The translations under genes and the position numbers were made by a program. Below the pieces are notes generated by a model, which saw only the letters and a list, made by a program, of their open reading frames with translations, was not told where the DNA came from and made no database searches. DNA of 64,000 nucleotides from Octopus sinensis (lineage: Eukaryota). The stretch spans positions 30,628,001 through 30,692,000 of the forward strand of contig NC_043014.1 in NCBI RefSeq assembly GCF_006345805.1, in the 5' to 3' direction. Shown here piece by piece: positions 26,524 to 39,746 of this stretch (position 1 is the first letter of the stretch; the number at the start of each line of letters is the position of its first letter).

Positions 26524-27368
26524 TACGCAAGGGTTATACTAAAAGTAATGCAAAAGCATAAATAACTTTAGATGGAATGTATGAGGGGTTGTATAAGTTT
26601 ATTGTTCATGTAGTAAGCTGTGAAATTCCTACATTCTCTCAATTTCCTGTAATTCAGACCACTTCATGGTCTCAACAGACAAAATGGAAAATGCATTTCC
26701 CCAGGGGATGGCAAGGGAGATGCAATGGAACAGCCACTCTGACTCATACTCATAAGGCTCGTACTTGTAGATAAACATCTCCATCCCGATAGCAGTGAGC
26801 AGGGATATGGTCTGGGAGCTGAGAACACCAGAGGTCTCCACTGACACAGGCTCAACCATAATCCTGTCAGAGAACTCAAATTGCACATGGCAGAGTAACT
26901 CTTCTGCAGAAAGGTACTATTCAAGATTGTCTCCATCACAAGCAATACATTTGTGCCATCCTTGAACCTAGCTCTCATATTCCCTAAGAAAACATTCAGG
27001 TGGACATTGTTATACTCAATTCTTCACAGTCACTTTCACCTTATCTCTATTATCAAACCATTATTCTCAATGACTATCATTCATTGGACCAAACAGATGG
27101 ATGTCAGAGGAATCTAGAGCCAGACTATATAGTGGATAGTGAACCATTGACCAGCCCAAACTGTCAAGATGTGATGTCATTCCATACAGTGAGCCTTTGC
27201 TTCTAGATCATAAACATATACTCATGTTTCATCCACTGTCACAAATTTTTTTTTTAAATGTGTCTTCATTGGTTTCAGACATTCCCAGTAGCTCAGAGAA
27301 AACTCCCACACTTCTTTTCTTCAAATCAAGTGTCAACAGCCAAAATATCCATTTTGAACATACTTTCC
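26524..27368 (-). mobile_element. Mariner relic (3' half, internally deleted)
   Basis: Translates as KVCSKWI, FVTVDET, YPLYSLALDSSDIHLFGPM and WHKCIACDGDNLE-stop. A mariner-like terminus tacgcaagggttatactaaaagtaatg lies at 26524. Confidence 0.7.
26620..26890 (-). mobile_element. CRE-like non-LTR fragment (restriction-like endonuclease C-terminus)
   Basis: Translates as VEPVSVETSGVLS...LLTAIG...EWLFHCISLAIPWGNAFSIL, resembling the CRE/RLE motif PV.VET.G..G...LS.A..RGNA.S.L. Confidence 0.6.
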
Positions 27369-30300
27369 AATGCCATCATCATCATCTGTAATGCATAATG
27401 GCTACAATCTAGCTGTGCAGAAACCACATGGATTACAACTTGTCAGTTCATGTGAATCAGTTCATCTACTCACTGGAAATTTGTGGCACATTAGAAGCAC
27501 CAACCGATTGTGGTTGTTGCCAGCCTCCCCTGGCACCTGTGCCAGTGGCACATAAAAAGCACCCACTACCCTCATGGAGTGGTTGGCGTTAGGAAGGGCA
27601 TCCAGCCGTAGAAACACTGCCAGATCTGACTGGAACCTGGTGCAGCCTCCTGGCTTCCCAGATTCCAGTCAAACCATCTAACCCATGCTAGCATGGAAAA
27701 CAGACATTAAACGATGATGATGATTACCATTGACGGTCTCTCACTGTGTGCTTTGTCTTTAATTGTTTACTCTTTTTTTCAAATACTTCATCTATCTGTA
27801 CACATTACTATTGATTATGGTGTCATCTCTGTAATTTTCTATGGATGTCAGACAGCTCCTTTTTCATTAAGAACTCGGTGATGATATGTTGCTTCTGATT
27901 GGAACCCATTGCTTGCCTGCTATAAAGAAGTACAGGAATAACAGTTACTATAGAGCAGTGGTTCTCAGCCTAAGTCCATATGGCATCTGAGGGTCTGTAT
28001 AATATTTTGGTGGGTCCACACAACAAAATACTAAATTAGGAATCCAAAATAGTATTTTAACAGCCCCTGAAAAAATTTTGCTTTTGATGTATGTATTGGT
28101 ATGTATTGCAAGAAATGGATCTGTACAGTAGGCCAGAGTGTTGGTGTGAGTCAATAGCTCAATCATTGTTCAGTGATGTATTAACACATTAGTGGCAGCA
28201 GTTTTTATGTGGGACTGAATATGATGGTGTTAGGTTAAAACTGAGGATGGATGGGGCTATAGTCTATACAAGAGGCAGGGGTTGAATACTCTGCCATTGT
28301 CAGCTGCTAGTGGCTTGAAGTTCATTAACAAGGTATACCTCTCATGGTAACAATAAGATAGTTCCTTTTTTCCTGTTGATGGATACCACTGGTTGATGGG
28401 AGGATGTGTAGTCTCTCACAGAATCAGAGTTGGTACTTGTGAATTCAATGTGAGTAAGGAGGATTGCTGTCAGTGATACTCCTTTTGATGTTGGAGAAAT
28501 CAAATTGATTGTAGTATCTTCAGATGACATAAGACAGGGAGATTAAATTTTCCCTATCCCTGCACCCGAAGGAATGCATATGTTGTGTATACCTTCTCTT
28601 AAAATTATTAATTGTCATGCTAATTTAGTCTTTTTTGATACCATTGTATGGTGTAATGGTGGAGCTATAAACTATAGCCTTTGAGAGGCAGGATCCTTCC
28701 AATTGGTAGGATTTCATTAGTTACAGGTTGATTTCTTTCAGTTTCTATCCACCAAATCCACTCACAAAGTCTTAGTGAACCTGGGATTTGGTGGGTTTTA
28801 GTGGGAGATACTTCCCTAAGTTGCCACAAAATGGGACTAAACCTGAAGTCATGTGTGCATATATGTGTGTCTATATGCATATTTAAATTCTGCATCCTTA
28901 CATGAAACTATTAGAGTGAAAGAATGATGTTATGTCAATATTACCTTACCAACAACACACTTACTATAACATTTAAATGTTTTTCGCTGAGGAGGACTTT
29001 TTTGCGTTTTGTTTTGTTTCCTTTTCTTTTTTCTTTTTTTGCTTGGTTTGGATGGAATTAACATTTGTTGTGCAGTAGAATAATTAATTATTCCACAATG
29101 CATCCAATCTATTTCCTACCACCACCACCACCCAACAGCCAAAAGTTGTTTATTGTCAGAAATGGAGACAAACACCTTCATACTTAGAATTCCTGATTCA
29201 TCATTTATATAACATATTATTTCCTTTTTCTTTCTGTTTAGTAATATAGTTCACAGTTTTCTTTTCTTTTTGTCCTTACTAAGCAAATCTACTAATTTTA
29301 ATGAACTTTCCCTGCGAAAAGCATTTAAATGTTAATAAATGCATCCAGTTTGGTGGTCAAAAGTATCTCTGTTTCCAACTTTTGTTTATATAGGCAAAAA
29401 TGAATAAAGAGATTTTGCTAACAATGGCCCTAGTAGCTCTATTAACTGAACGACAGAAATTGCCTTGTGTAATTGAAAATTATTGTGATAGTAGGGTTGG
29501 GGGAGTTTAAAATTGATGGCCATTGTGTAATGATTACTAATTTTAGTGTAAAAAGCTATTACATGACAAAAGGAAAACAACATTCATTCATGTCCTCAGT
29601 ATTGTTTCTTGGCTTGTTTGTTGTTGTTGTTGTTGTTGAATTTCACTCTTGTTGAATCCACTTTGTTATGGCTTACAACTTGCCAAAAACAAAAACATCA
29701 AAACAATAAATTTGAGTGTAAATATTATATCTGTTTGATGTATGCCTAATATATGTATAATGCATATGTAATGGTTGAGATTAATTTGTAAACAATAATA
29801 TGGAACGTCGGAGTCATCACCAGTTTGTAAGGATTGGTTCTTTTCTGATTGCCATTATGTAAAAATGAAAGAACAATGATTGAAGTTGTAAAGAAAATAT
29901 TTATTTACCGTTACATTGCGTATATCCAAAACCACGACAGGTTGGTATATATAACTAGCAAATGGAAAACATGCGAAGCAAAAAGAGTTAATTTTGGCTG
30001 GTATGTGTGTACACATTCTAGTAGAAGTAATCCACAGATATAGATAGAATTATATTGTAAGAGAAGAGAAATTGAGCTAGTGAAAGTTATAGAGTCAAGG
30101 GAAGTTGTGTCTCATTGCTGGCAGATTATAACTTTCTTTCTCCTGCTTGTGGCCATAACTAGTTGTCCGTTCACTAATTGATGGTTCCTCTCACTAACTC
30201 GGGTTCTCACTACCTGACTTTTGCTTGGGGGTTCTTGTTTTTATAACTATCCAGAAAGATAGACATATCATTGAGAACAATAGATTTTGTTGGAGGTCTG

Positions 30301-30589
30301 TGATATCTCTATTCTAGCTATTGGTGGAATAGAAGTTAGAATGGTCTCTAGACCTGCCCACCACAACAGAATTGTGAGCCTTAAACCAAGGTACTACATA
30401 AAATGTTCTGGTGTGGCTACTGGTGCCACATAAAAGCACCAAGTAAGCTCTGTAGAGTGGTGGCATTAGGAAGGGCATCCAGCCATAGAAACCAAACAGA
30501 CTATGGAATCTGGTGCAGCCTCTGACCTTGCCCGGTTCCTATCAAGTTATCCAACCCATGCCAGCATGAAAAATGGATGATCACACACA

Positions 30590-30645
<56 letters not shown>

Positions 30646-31910
30646 TACACACACGTGTAAGTAAGTAGGTATACACTATACACACATAATTATGCATAAA
30701 CTTGATGTCTTTCTGTAACTTGTGATACCAAATTCCATTCACAAAATATTGAACAAACCTAGGAATACAAGTAGAAAATATTTACCCGAGGTACCATACA
30801 GCAGGATTGAATCTAGAATGGCAGGCTGTGAAGAAAATTCTCTTTAGAACACTGCTTTTCTTGCAGGTATGTGGATGCATGTGAGTGTGTATGTGTGTAT
30901 GTATGTATGTATGTATGTATGTATGTATGTATGTATGCATGTATGCATGTATGTATGTATGTATGTGTGTGTAATGTGTATGTGTCTGTGTGTGAGTGGA
31001 CAAATCTCAAACAACAAAAAAAAAAGAAGAAAAATGAAGAAACAGAAATACCAAGCAAATCATAAAGTTTTATCTTATCTTAGAAACCAACTGGCAAACA
31101 TAAGTCTAAATTCTACTAAATTAGCAATTGTAGCCATAAATAGGAATACAGTACTGAGTCTGAATACTACTGCCCTGCCATCTATTAGTAATTTATTTTA
31201 ATGTGGAATAGCTTTCACCATCAATCAGCATCAGTGAAGTAAATTGTAGGAAGGATGATATAGTTTTGTTTGGAAGGTGGAAGTGAGGTGGGGGAAAAGC
31301 TAAGTGTTTGTGGGTTAGTGAGTTGGTGGAGAGAAGAGGTTAAAGGGATGGAGGTGAAGATAGTAGGAAGGAAGAACCAGGGAGCAGTGCGGGTGAGGAG
31401 GGATTGGAAGAAGAGAAGAATGAGGAGAAAGAAGGAAGAGAGCACATGGGCATTGAAGAATGATGATGGTGGTGGTGGTGGTGGTGGTGGTGGTGGTGGT
31501 AACAAAACTTTCTAATTTTGGCACAAGGCCAGCAATTTTAAGAAGAGGGGATAGTCAATTACACTGATCCCAGTACTTGATGATACTTTATTTTATTGAT
31601 CCCAAAAGGATGAAGGCAAGGTTGCCCTCAGTAGAATTTGAATTAAGAACATAATGAGTAAAAGAAATGCCACAAAGCATTTTGCCCAGCATGCTAGTGA
31701 TTCTGCCAGCTTGTCAATAATCCTTTCAGTTATAGATACAAGGCCCCGAAATCTTGAGGAAAGGGTATGTCCATTACATTGACTCCAGTACCCTATTGGT
31801 TCTTATTTTAATCAACCCTGAAAGGATGAATGGCAAACTCAAACTCAGAATGTAATGAGTTGAAAGAAATACCACTAATCCTTTTGTCAAATGCGTTAAC
31901 AATTCTGCCA

Positions 31911-31911
<1 letters not shown>

Positions 31912-31971
<60 letters not shown>
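31912..31971. repeat. (AAT)n microsatellite
   Basis: About 20 AAT units. Other simple repeats are (TA)n at 16630-16682, 26220-26302 and 43355-43456, (CA)n at 30585-30655, (TATG)n at 30885-30975 and (GGT)n at 31465-31500. Confidence 0.95.
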
Positions 31972-31974
<3 letters not shown>

Positions 31975-32446
31975 TGGAAAGAGAGGGACTGAGAGAGCCA
32001 GTTAAAAGAGGTGCCAGTAAAAGCAAGAGAAATTTGGGAAGTGAGTAAGTATAGAAATAGATTCGTTACAAGTGTTATTGGCAAAATAGCAGAGAATGAA
32101 TGCCTATGAATTTTACTGTTTCCCAAAACTCACATATCATTCTTTGTTTAACGATTCTTCAGCCAATTTATTCTAGACTTATTTTTAAATTGGATTTTTC
32201 TTTTTGACTTTTAGTGAATTTATTTCTTTGATTTCGGTGCTAGTACTTCTCTATTCGTTGTAACAGTGTGCTAACCATTACATTGCTTGATAATCAATGA
32301 ATACAAGGTACAGCGAAACAGATATAAAACATAGCCAATCACACAACCAGACTCTTTATAAGATACTAAGGAAATCTCTACATATCTGGTCACTTGGCGT
32401 GTAAGAAAATGCAACCAAATAATTCTCAAATCACGCCCAACTATCT

Positions 32447-32883
32447 TTAGCCCTTTAGCATTTAAACTGGCCATAACAGGCCTAAATATTCTGCCAGTTT
32501 CATGTTAAAACTGGCCAGATCTGGCCTCTCACACCTATCCTACGATGTCAGTCTGATAATAAGCAATCACATCATGAAAATCTCTTAGCTACAACTTAAT
32601 GCATGGTAAATTCAAAATGACCCTTCCTTCTATAGGCACAAGGCCTGAAATTTGGGGTAGAGGGCTAGTCAATTACATTGACTCCAGTGCTCAACTGGTA
32701 CTTATTTTATCAACCCCGAAAGGATGAAAAGTAAAGTTGACCTCAGCGGAATTTGAACACAGAAGAGAAGACAAACAAAATACCAGCATGCTAATAATTC
32801 TGCCAGCTTGCCTCCTTGATTTAAAATACTGTTACTAAATAAACTTTACATTTGAGAGGGTAATCCAAATACTAAAGGGTTAA
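32447..32883. mobile_element. piggyBac-like MITE carrying a SINE insertion
   Basis: Termini ccctttagca and ctaaagggttaa. A reversed SINE-B occupies about 32620-32815. Confidence 0.65.
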
Positions 32884-33824
32884 AAAACAGAGGGATACAT
32901 TAAATAATGTAACCCATGATAGACTGTGTCCCCAATATAAAAAGGCAGCATGGTTATGGTGAGAATGCCTTTGACCATAGGCCTGCATGAACAAGGCTAA
33001 GCTTGGACCAAACAGCAGCAAGCAACCCCATCAGGTAATATACTTGAAGGGCTCTGGCCAGACTGAAAACAATTTCACCAGGATGTTGTTCTACTTTGAC
33101 CATCATTCATCGAGTTACCAATACATGTTGCTGTTCTTTTACTCCCAAAGTTGGTTCTGATCAAATAGATCTATGATCAAAATACTCCAGCCAGAATTAT
33201 CCCATTTTATTTTCATATAATTTATCTCAATTTAAGGCAGTTAAGTGTATTTGATGGGAAATTGGCTGCTATTTCAACCAGGTTAAGTGGCCACGTTGAT
33301 ACACATACACAATAACCAGTCACACAAAACACTTTAGTTTGTACTATAAGTTGTTGTTGTTGTTCTTGCTGCTGCTGTCCCTGCTGCCGCCACTACCAAC
33401 ACTGCTGTTGTTGTTGTTAAGCAACAAGATGGGTAAGGGTGATTAGGTGATGGTCTAGACCTTAGAAGCAGGAGACCCCAGACCTTGGAAAAAAAAAAAC
33501 TTTGGTCGTCTTGTTGTAGCTGAAGGGCTCTTCATTGACACCCAACACCACTGGGAGGTCGCCTTCGAAGTCGCTGTAAATGGAGATCTCCAGGTCCAAA
33601 TTCTTGAACGGCTGCCGATGATGATGATGATGATGATGATGTTGCTGCTGTTGCTGCTGCTGCTGTTGTTGTTGTTGTTGTCGTCGTCGTCGTCGTCGTC
33701 ATTGTTATTGTTGTTATTGCTTAGCTCAAAGTCAGCCTTAATTGAATAGGTTTATAATCAAAAGCATACAAGCTAAGACCATCCCATATACCTAGAACAA
33801 TATTTTCCAGTGTGTCTGCTTTTT

Positions 33825-34140
33825 TTTATGATAGATGGACATGCAAAGGTCAGCATGTTCTGCTGGATGGGTATTGTCAGCGAGCAGGTAAGACAGAATG
33901 TAAATGATTTAAGAATAAAATTGGGTATAAGAGGCATCAGATGTGTGCTAGAGAGAAAACTGCACTGGTATGGTCATGTGATGCATATGGATGAGGACAG
34001 TTTCATTAAGAAGTACCAATCTCTAATTATGGAGGGAACCTGTTTAAGGGGTAGACCCAGGAAGATGCAAGCTGAAGTGGTGAGAATGGTCTTCAGATAT
34101 TGAACCTAAGAGAAGCTATGATAAGGGACATGACTTCTGG
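33825..34140 (+). mobile_element. RTE 3' ORF fragment
   Basis: Translates as LGIRGIRCVLERKLHWYGHVMHMDED...RGRPRK. Confidence 0.75.
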
Positions 34141-34554
34141 TGATTTTCTATATATGGGGGTGGTGTGTCTGTGTGTTTGTCCCCTACCACTACTTGATTA
34201 CTTGAGAATTGATGTTTGTTGGTTTGTTTACATTACTATAATTTAGTGGATCAGCAAAAGAGATTGATAGAATAAGTACCAACCTTTAAAAAAGTAAGTG
34301 CTGGGGTCAATTTGTCATTCTAAAGTCATTCAAAGTCATTCAAAGTCATTCAAAGCAGCCCCAATGTGGTCACAGTCCAATGACTGAAACAAGTAACAGT
34401 TTAAAGGTAGAGTTACCTGTATATTTGTAAAATAAAAGATTCATTATTTTTATCAGCACTAATGTGCTTCCATAGAATCTTATGCACTCACAATTTGCCC
34501 TTGGCAATGAAAAAGTTTTTCACACTTAATATCAAGGGCTCCCCACCTCACCAT

Positions 34555-35956
34555 GACAGGGCCATTAGGGAAAAGAAACAGGCATGGAAGGACTTGAAGT
34601 GTGGTGGTAGCAGGGTATTGTATCAGATTGCCAGAAGGGAAGCTAGGAGACAGGTTTACTTAGCCAGAGGAGAAGCAGATAAAAAAAATTGCCCATGTTC
34701 TGCGTCGTGAAGACCAGAGACTTGAAGTATTTTGTATTGTAAGACAGTGTGTGAGATAGAATCGTGTTGTCATAAGAGAGAAATGTGTCTGCATGGATGA
34801 TGGTTCATTTGCATTTAATGATGCTGCAAAGAGACTTAGAGATGTCACAATGAAAGGTTTCTGAATGAAGAGAATGAATGGGAGAAAGAGAGTCTGCCAA
34901 ATGTTGACCCAACAGAGGGACCAGCTATCCAAATTGACAGTATCTTGGTAGATAAAGCAATTAGGGGTATGAAGACAGGAAAAGCCCCCAGTCCATCAGG
35001 AGTTACTGCAAAGATGCTCCTCTGGGAGTGCCTCTATGCTGATAACCTTGCTCTAATAGCTGAGTCACTACCAGAACTAGAGAGGAAGTTTCAGGTGTGG
35101 AACCAAGGTCCAGAATTGAAGGGCCTTAGAGTGAATCTAACAAAAAAAAAAGTCTTCGTAAGTAGGAAGGCAGACAAATCCCTTCAGTTAGATGGCCTCA
35201 CTTGATCTGCAGAAAAGGCATACATAGAAATTCCATAAGGTGTACCCACTGTACACTATGAACACATTAGAGGTGCAGCAATATCAAAGGAAGGTTAACT
35301 GGGAAGATAGTTTTTGTGTGTGGTAGATGCACTGGGACAATAAACACCAAAGATGTACAGAAAACAGATTCCATCATATGCCAAGGGGAAAAACTAGAAG
35401 TAGTTGATAGCTTTCATTACCTAAATGACCAAGTGAGTAGGAGGGGCGGAGACTCTGAGAGCATAGCTGCTAGAATAAGAACAGCCTGGGCAAAGTACAG
35501 AAAGCTCCTACCTCTGCTGGTAACAAAGGGCCTCTCACTCAGAGTGAAAGGTAGACTGTATGATGCATGTGTGCGAGCAGCTATGTTGCACAGCAGTGAA
35601 ACGTGGGCAGTGTCTGCTGAGGACATGCGTAGGCTTGAGAGAAATGAAGTTAGTATGCTCCACTGGATATGTAATGTGAGTGTGCATGGTCGATGCAGTG
35701 CTGCCTGACTGGCTCCCATGCTGGTGACACGTGGAAAGCTCCATTTGAGTGTGGTTGATGCCAGTGCTGCCTGACTGGCTCCCGTGCTGGTGGCATATAA
35801 AAAGCACCATTCCAGTGTGGTTGTTGCCAATGCGCCTGACTAGCCCCCATGTCGGTGGCATGAAAAAAGCACCCACTACACTCTCAGAGTGGTAAACATT
35901 AGGAAGGGCATCCAGCTGTAGAAACCTAGCCAAAACAGATTGGAGCCTGGTGCAGC
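34555..35956 (+). mobile_element. Internally deleted RTE LINE, same family as 21430-24702
   Basis: Colinear homology (REARRQVYLARGEAD, VDKAIRGMKTGKAP, LYADN, KGRLYDACVRAAMLH) plus the 3' UTR repeat array. Confidence 0.88.
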
Positions 35957-36959
35957 TACATTCTCTAAGGTCAAGCATTTTGGTTCATAATAGATGAATT
36001 TGATTTTCAGGGTCCTGGTTTGGGGTTTGGATATGGTTTTTGATGCTTTTTCTTTTTGTTTTATTTGTTTCATGTTAATCATATTTTGTAGACTACTTGT
36101 AGGGGTGGTGATGGTGGTGATAATGATAATTACCATATCAATTCTTTTCTACTTGTTTCAGTGATTTGTCTGTGGCCATGCTGGAGTACCACCTTGAAGG
36201 GTTTTAGTAGAACAAATCAACTCCAGGACTTATACTTATACTTATTCTATCAGTGTCTTTTGCTGAACTGCTAAGCTATGGGACATAAGCACGCCAACAC
36301 TGGTTGTGAAATGGTGGTGGGGGATAAACACAAACTCAAAGACACACAAACACAATGGGCTTCTTTCAGTTTCTGTCTACCAAATCCACTCACAAGGCTT
36401 TGGTTGGCCTGAGGCTACAGGAGAAGGCACTTGCTCAAGGTGCCAAGCTATGGGACTGAATCCAGAACCATGTGTTGGAAAGAAAGCTTCTTACCACACA
36501 GCCAAGGATATATAATATGCAATTTTTTCTTAAGCATTTTTAAAACTAAGAGTGATGTACACTATACTTGAGAACTAAATGTTACCCATTTTGTTCCCAT
36601 CCATACTTGGAATATCTAAGCTGCATGTAAATTATATCTATTGTCCAAGCTTATCACTATGTAACAAAGAGTTTAAATCACTATGATGATGTTTCTTTTT
36701 TCTGTGATAGTGATAATATCTTCCTTTCTTTTTAATCTTTTACTTTTTTCAATCATTGGACGGTAGCCATGCTGGGGTACAGCCTTGAAGGATTTTAGTC
36801 AAATAAATCAACCCAAGTACTTATTTTTTCTTCTGAGATTGGTTACTTGTTTTGTCAGTCTCTTTGCAAAACTTTTTTTTGTCCCTGAATACAAGCTTTA
36901 ATCCTGCAGTCAGTTATTCAACAGGTCACATTTTAAATTAAAACATTTAAATACAAAGA

Positions 36960-37137
36960 AACATCCTTCAAAACTTCCATGCTTCCTGAGATTCGCCAAC
37001 ACTACACTTGATACACACACAAGCATGTTCACTTTCCAGACATTTCTACACTACTGCATGTACTTTATATGCACTTTCTGACAAGTTGTGGTGCACCTGA
37101 GCACTGTATACAATAATTTCATTATTATTATTATTAT
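36960..37137 (+). mobile_element. LINE 3' end with an (ATT)n tail
   Basis: ORF end FKTSMLPEIRQHYT-stop, followed by a short UTR and cattattattattattat. Confidence 0.6.
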
Positions 37138-38734
37138 AAAAAAGTTTTTCAGAGTATTTTTCACAATCACTCTAAGAAACATGACTAAATATTTCTTTTC
37201 TCATAAGTATAACACTAAAGAAAAGTCAGTGCATATTAAATGCAAGAGATATTTTTTTCCAGAATTTCATAACCCATAATTAATGGTGTGCATTACATAA
37301 AAGTGTATATTATAGACATGAATTAACATGGTTAGCATAGTGATCATAAAATGAAGGTTCTGAGTCGACAATATGCATTGACATGGTAATAATAATGTTC
37401 TCTTAGACCAGTGATTTTCAACAACTTATTGTGAAGCATGTACTATATTTAGCTATTTTTTTTCTTTTGATGATAACCTTGGTTTTCAATAATTCAAATA
37501 TTTAGGGATTTTGACTGAAAATAAGTGATTTCTGAGCAGCTTCTTGTGGTAGCCTAAGATGTTATTATTATTCATTATGTTTATTTAGCTCCAAATCAGC
37601 CCTGAGCAAGTAGATTTTTAGTTAAAGACATTCTAGCCATGATAGTCCCTTTAATATTTTTCCATCGACTTTGTATTTCATCCTTTCGGGGTCAATAAAT
37701 TAAGTACCAGTTGTGTACTGGGGTCGATCTAATTGACTGGCCTCCTCTCCCAAAATTTTGGGCCTTGTGCCTAGAGTAAAAAAGAATATTTTTCCATACA
37801 AAGATTAACGAGGACTACATTATCTAATGCATTTTTTTAAAGATAAGGTTGTGAATGATATAAGTAAGATGTGGCTGTCATGTCTCGTAGATCAAGTGAC
37901 CATGAAGAAACTTCCTCAACGGTTTGACAACTTAAGTATTTTGATACCAGGTGGCCTCAGTCAACTAAATTAGGGGGAAAAAAAGAAAAAAAGATACCAG
38001 ATTAAATTTATGGCTAGGCAGTTAGTATTAGAAACTTTATCTAGCTTTAAATTCTTGCTCCAACAAACCAACATTACAGTCACTATCTCCTCCTTATAAA
38101 AGTCCTTGAAGAGGATATCTTTTTTCTTTTATCTTTCATTTTTTTTCTTGCTTCAGTCATTTGATTGTGGTCATGCTGTAGCATGCCTTGAAACAAATCA
38201 ACCCCAAGACTTACTTTTTTAAAAAAAATCCTAGTACTTCTTTTGGTCTCTTTTGCCGAACTGCTAGGTTACAGGGATGTAAACATACTAACACTGGTTG
38301 TCAAGTAGTGGTGGGGGACAGACACAGCCACAAAGACACACATACATGTAGAGGTGCAGAGAAATGGATGCCTAGTAAGAAGCTGGCTTCCCAACCACAT
38401 GGTTCTTGGTTCAGTCCCACAGTGTGGCACCTTGGACAAGTGGATTCTACTAGAGCAACAGGCCAACTAAAGCTTTGTGAATGACTTTGACAAACAGAAA
38501 CTGAAAGAAACCCATAGTGTATAAGTGTGTGTGAGTGTGTTTGTTCCCTCATCCTTGCTTGACAAACAATGTTGGCTTCTTTATGTCTGCAACTAAACAG
38601 TTTGGCATAAAAGACTGACAGTAAGTGCCAGGCTTAACAAAATATGTATAGGTGCTGGTTTGTTCAACTAAAACCATTCAAGGCAGTGCCCCAGCATGGC
38701 CACAGTCCAGTGACTGAAATAAGTAAAAGATACG

Positions 38735-38765
<31 letters not shown>

Positions 38766-38901
38766 AGTATATTATTTATTTAAAGGTCACAATACATGTA
38801 TTCAAGTGCTACTAGTAGTTTCATATGTTGAGAAAACTCAAACATATTCTTCAGGCACAAACCTGTTGAATTTTCTATTATGGATCATTATATATATACA
38901 T

Positions 38902-39715
38902 ACACTTGGAAATGGATGCGTGGCATTCACTCATATAATGATATAAATAAAATATATATATAGGCATATATACATACTGACATATATATGTATATATATA
39001 TATATGCATATATGGGTACAGGACGTCACAAAATGTAGACAACATGAAAGATGAAAACATGAAGTCTGAAATACGAAAAAGAACATGAAATATGAAGACA
39101 AACCTTTTTTTGCAAACGAGAGACACAAATGGAAAACAAGACAAGTAACATAAAGAATGACCCTTCATTAGTTGTCAGCTGTTTATCTACATTTTGAGCA
39201 ATTCATGATAATATGTGCCTTCGAGAAAACAGTTACTCCCACAAACCAAACTAAATTTTGGGATTTTGCAAAAGGTCAAAGTGGCTAACAAAAACAGGAC
39301 AGTGAAACAAATAGTGAGGGCTGCTAAGTCAGATAGGGTAAGATGGCAAACGCTGAGGAACATTCTTTATCAGGAGAAAAGGTAGAAGAGGAGACAGGCA
39401 AGAATACATCTGGTCTGTGCAACAGACTGGAAGAAAGGAAAGAACACTTGTGGTAAAAAAAGGTGGATGATGGTCACGTGTGCATGCAATGAGAGAGTAA
39501 AGGAGGAAGAAGGAGAGAGAGAGGGACAGATAGAAAATGGTGAAGGGGACAAAAAAGAATTAGAGAAAGGATGAGAGGGAAAAAACGAAAGGGAGAGAAG
39601 GGGAAAGGAAAAAGAAGAATTAGGGAAAGGAAGAGAGAGAGAGAACAGTATAGAGGAGAGTCACATCAAAATTATTAAGATAAACTTACTTGGAAATAGA
39701 TGCGTGGTGTTCACT

Positions 39716-39722
<7 letters not shown>
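38902..39722. mobile_element. Element bounded by 36-bp direct repeats (possibly Penelope-like)
   Basis: acttggaaatggatgcgtggcattcactcatataat at about 38904 and acttggaaatagatgcgtggtgttcactcatataat at about 39687. Confidence 0.4.

Positions 39723-39746
<24 letters not shown>

Noticed and set aside
28200-28540. ORF 28342-28530 as a host exon
   Set aside because: It has no clear splice sites, and another frame resembles a decayed LINE C-terminus.
33499-33618. GAPDH, hemocyanin or G-alpha identity for the codon-biased island
   Set aside because: Only 3-5 residue coincidences, with no diagnostic motif.
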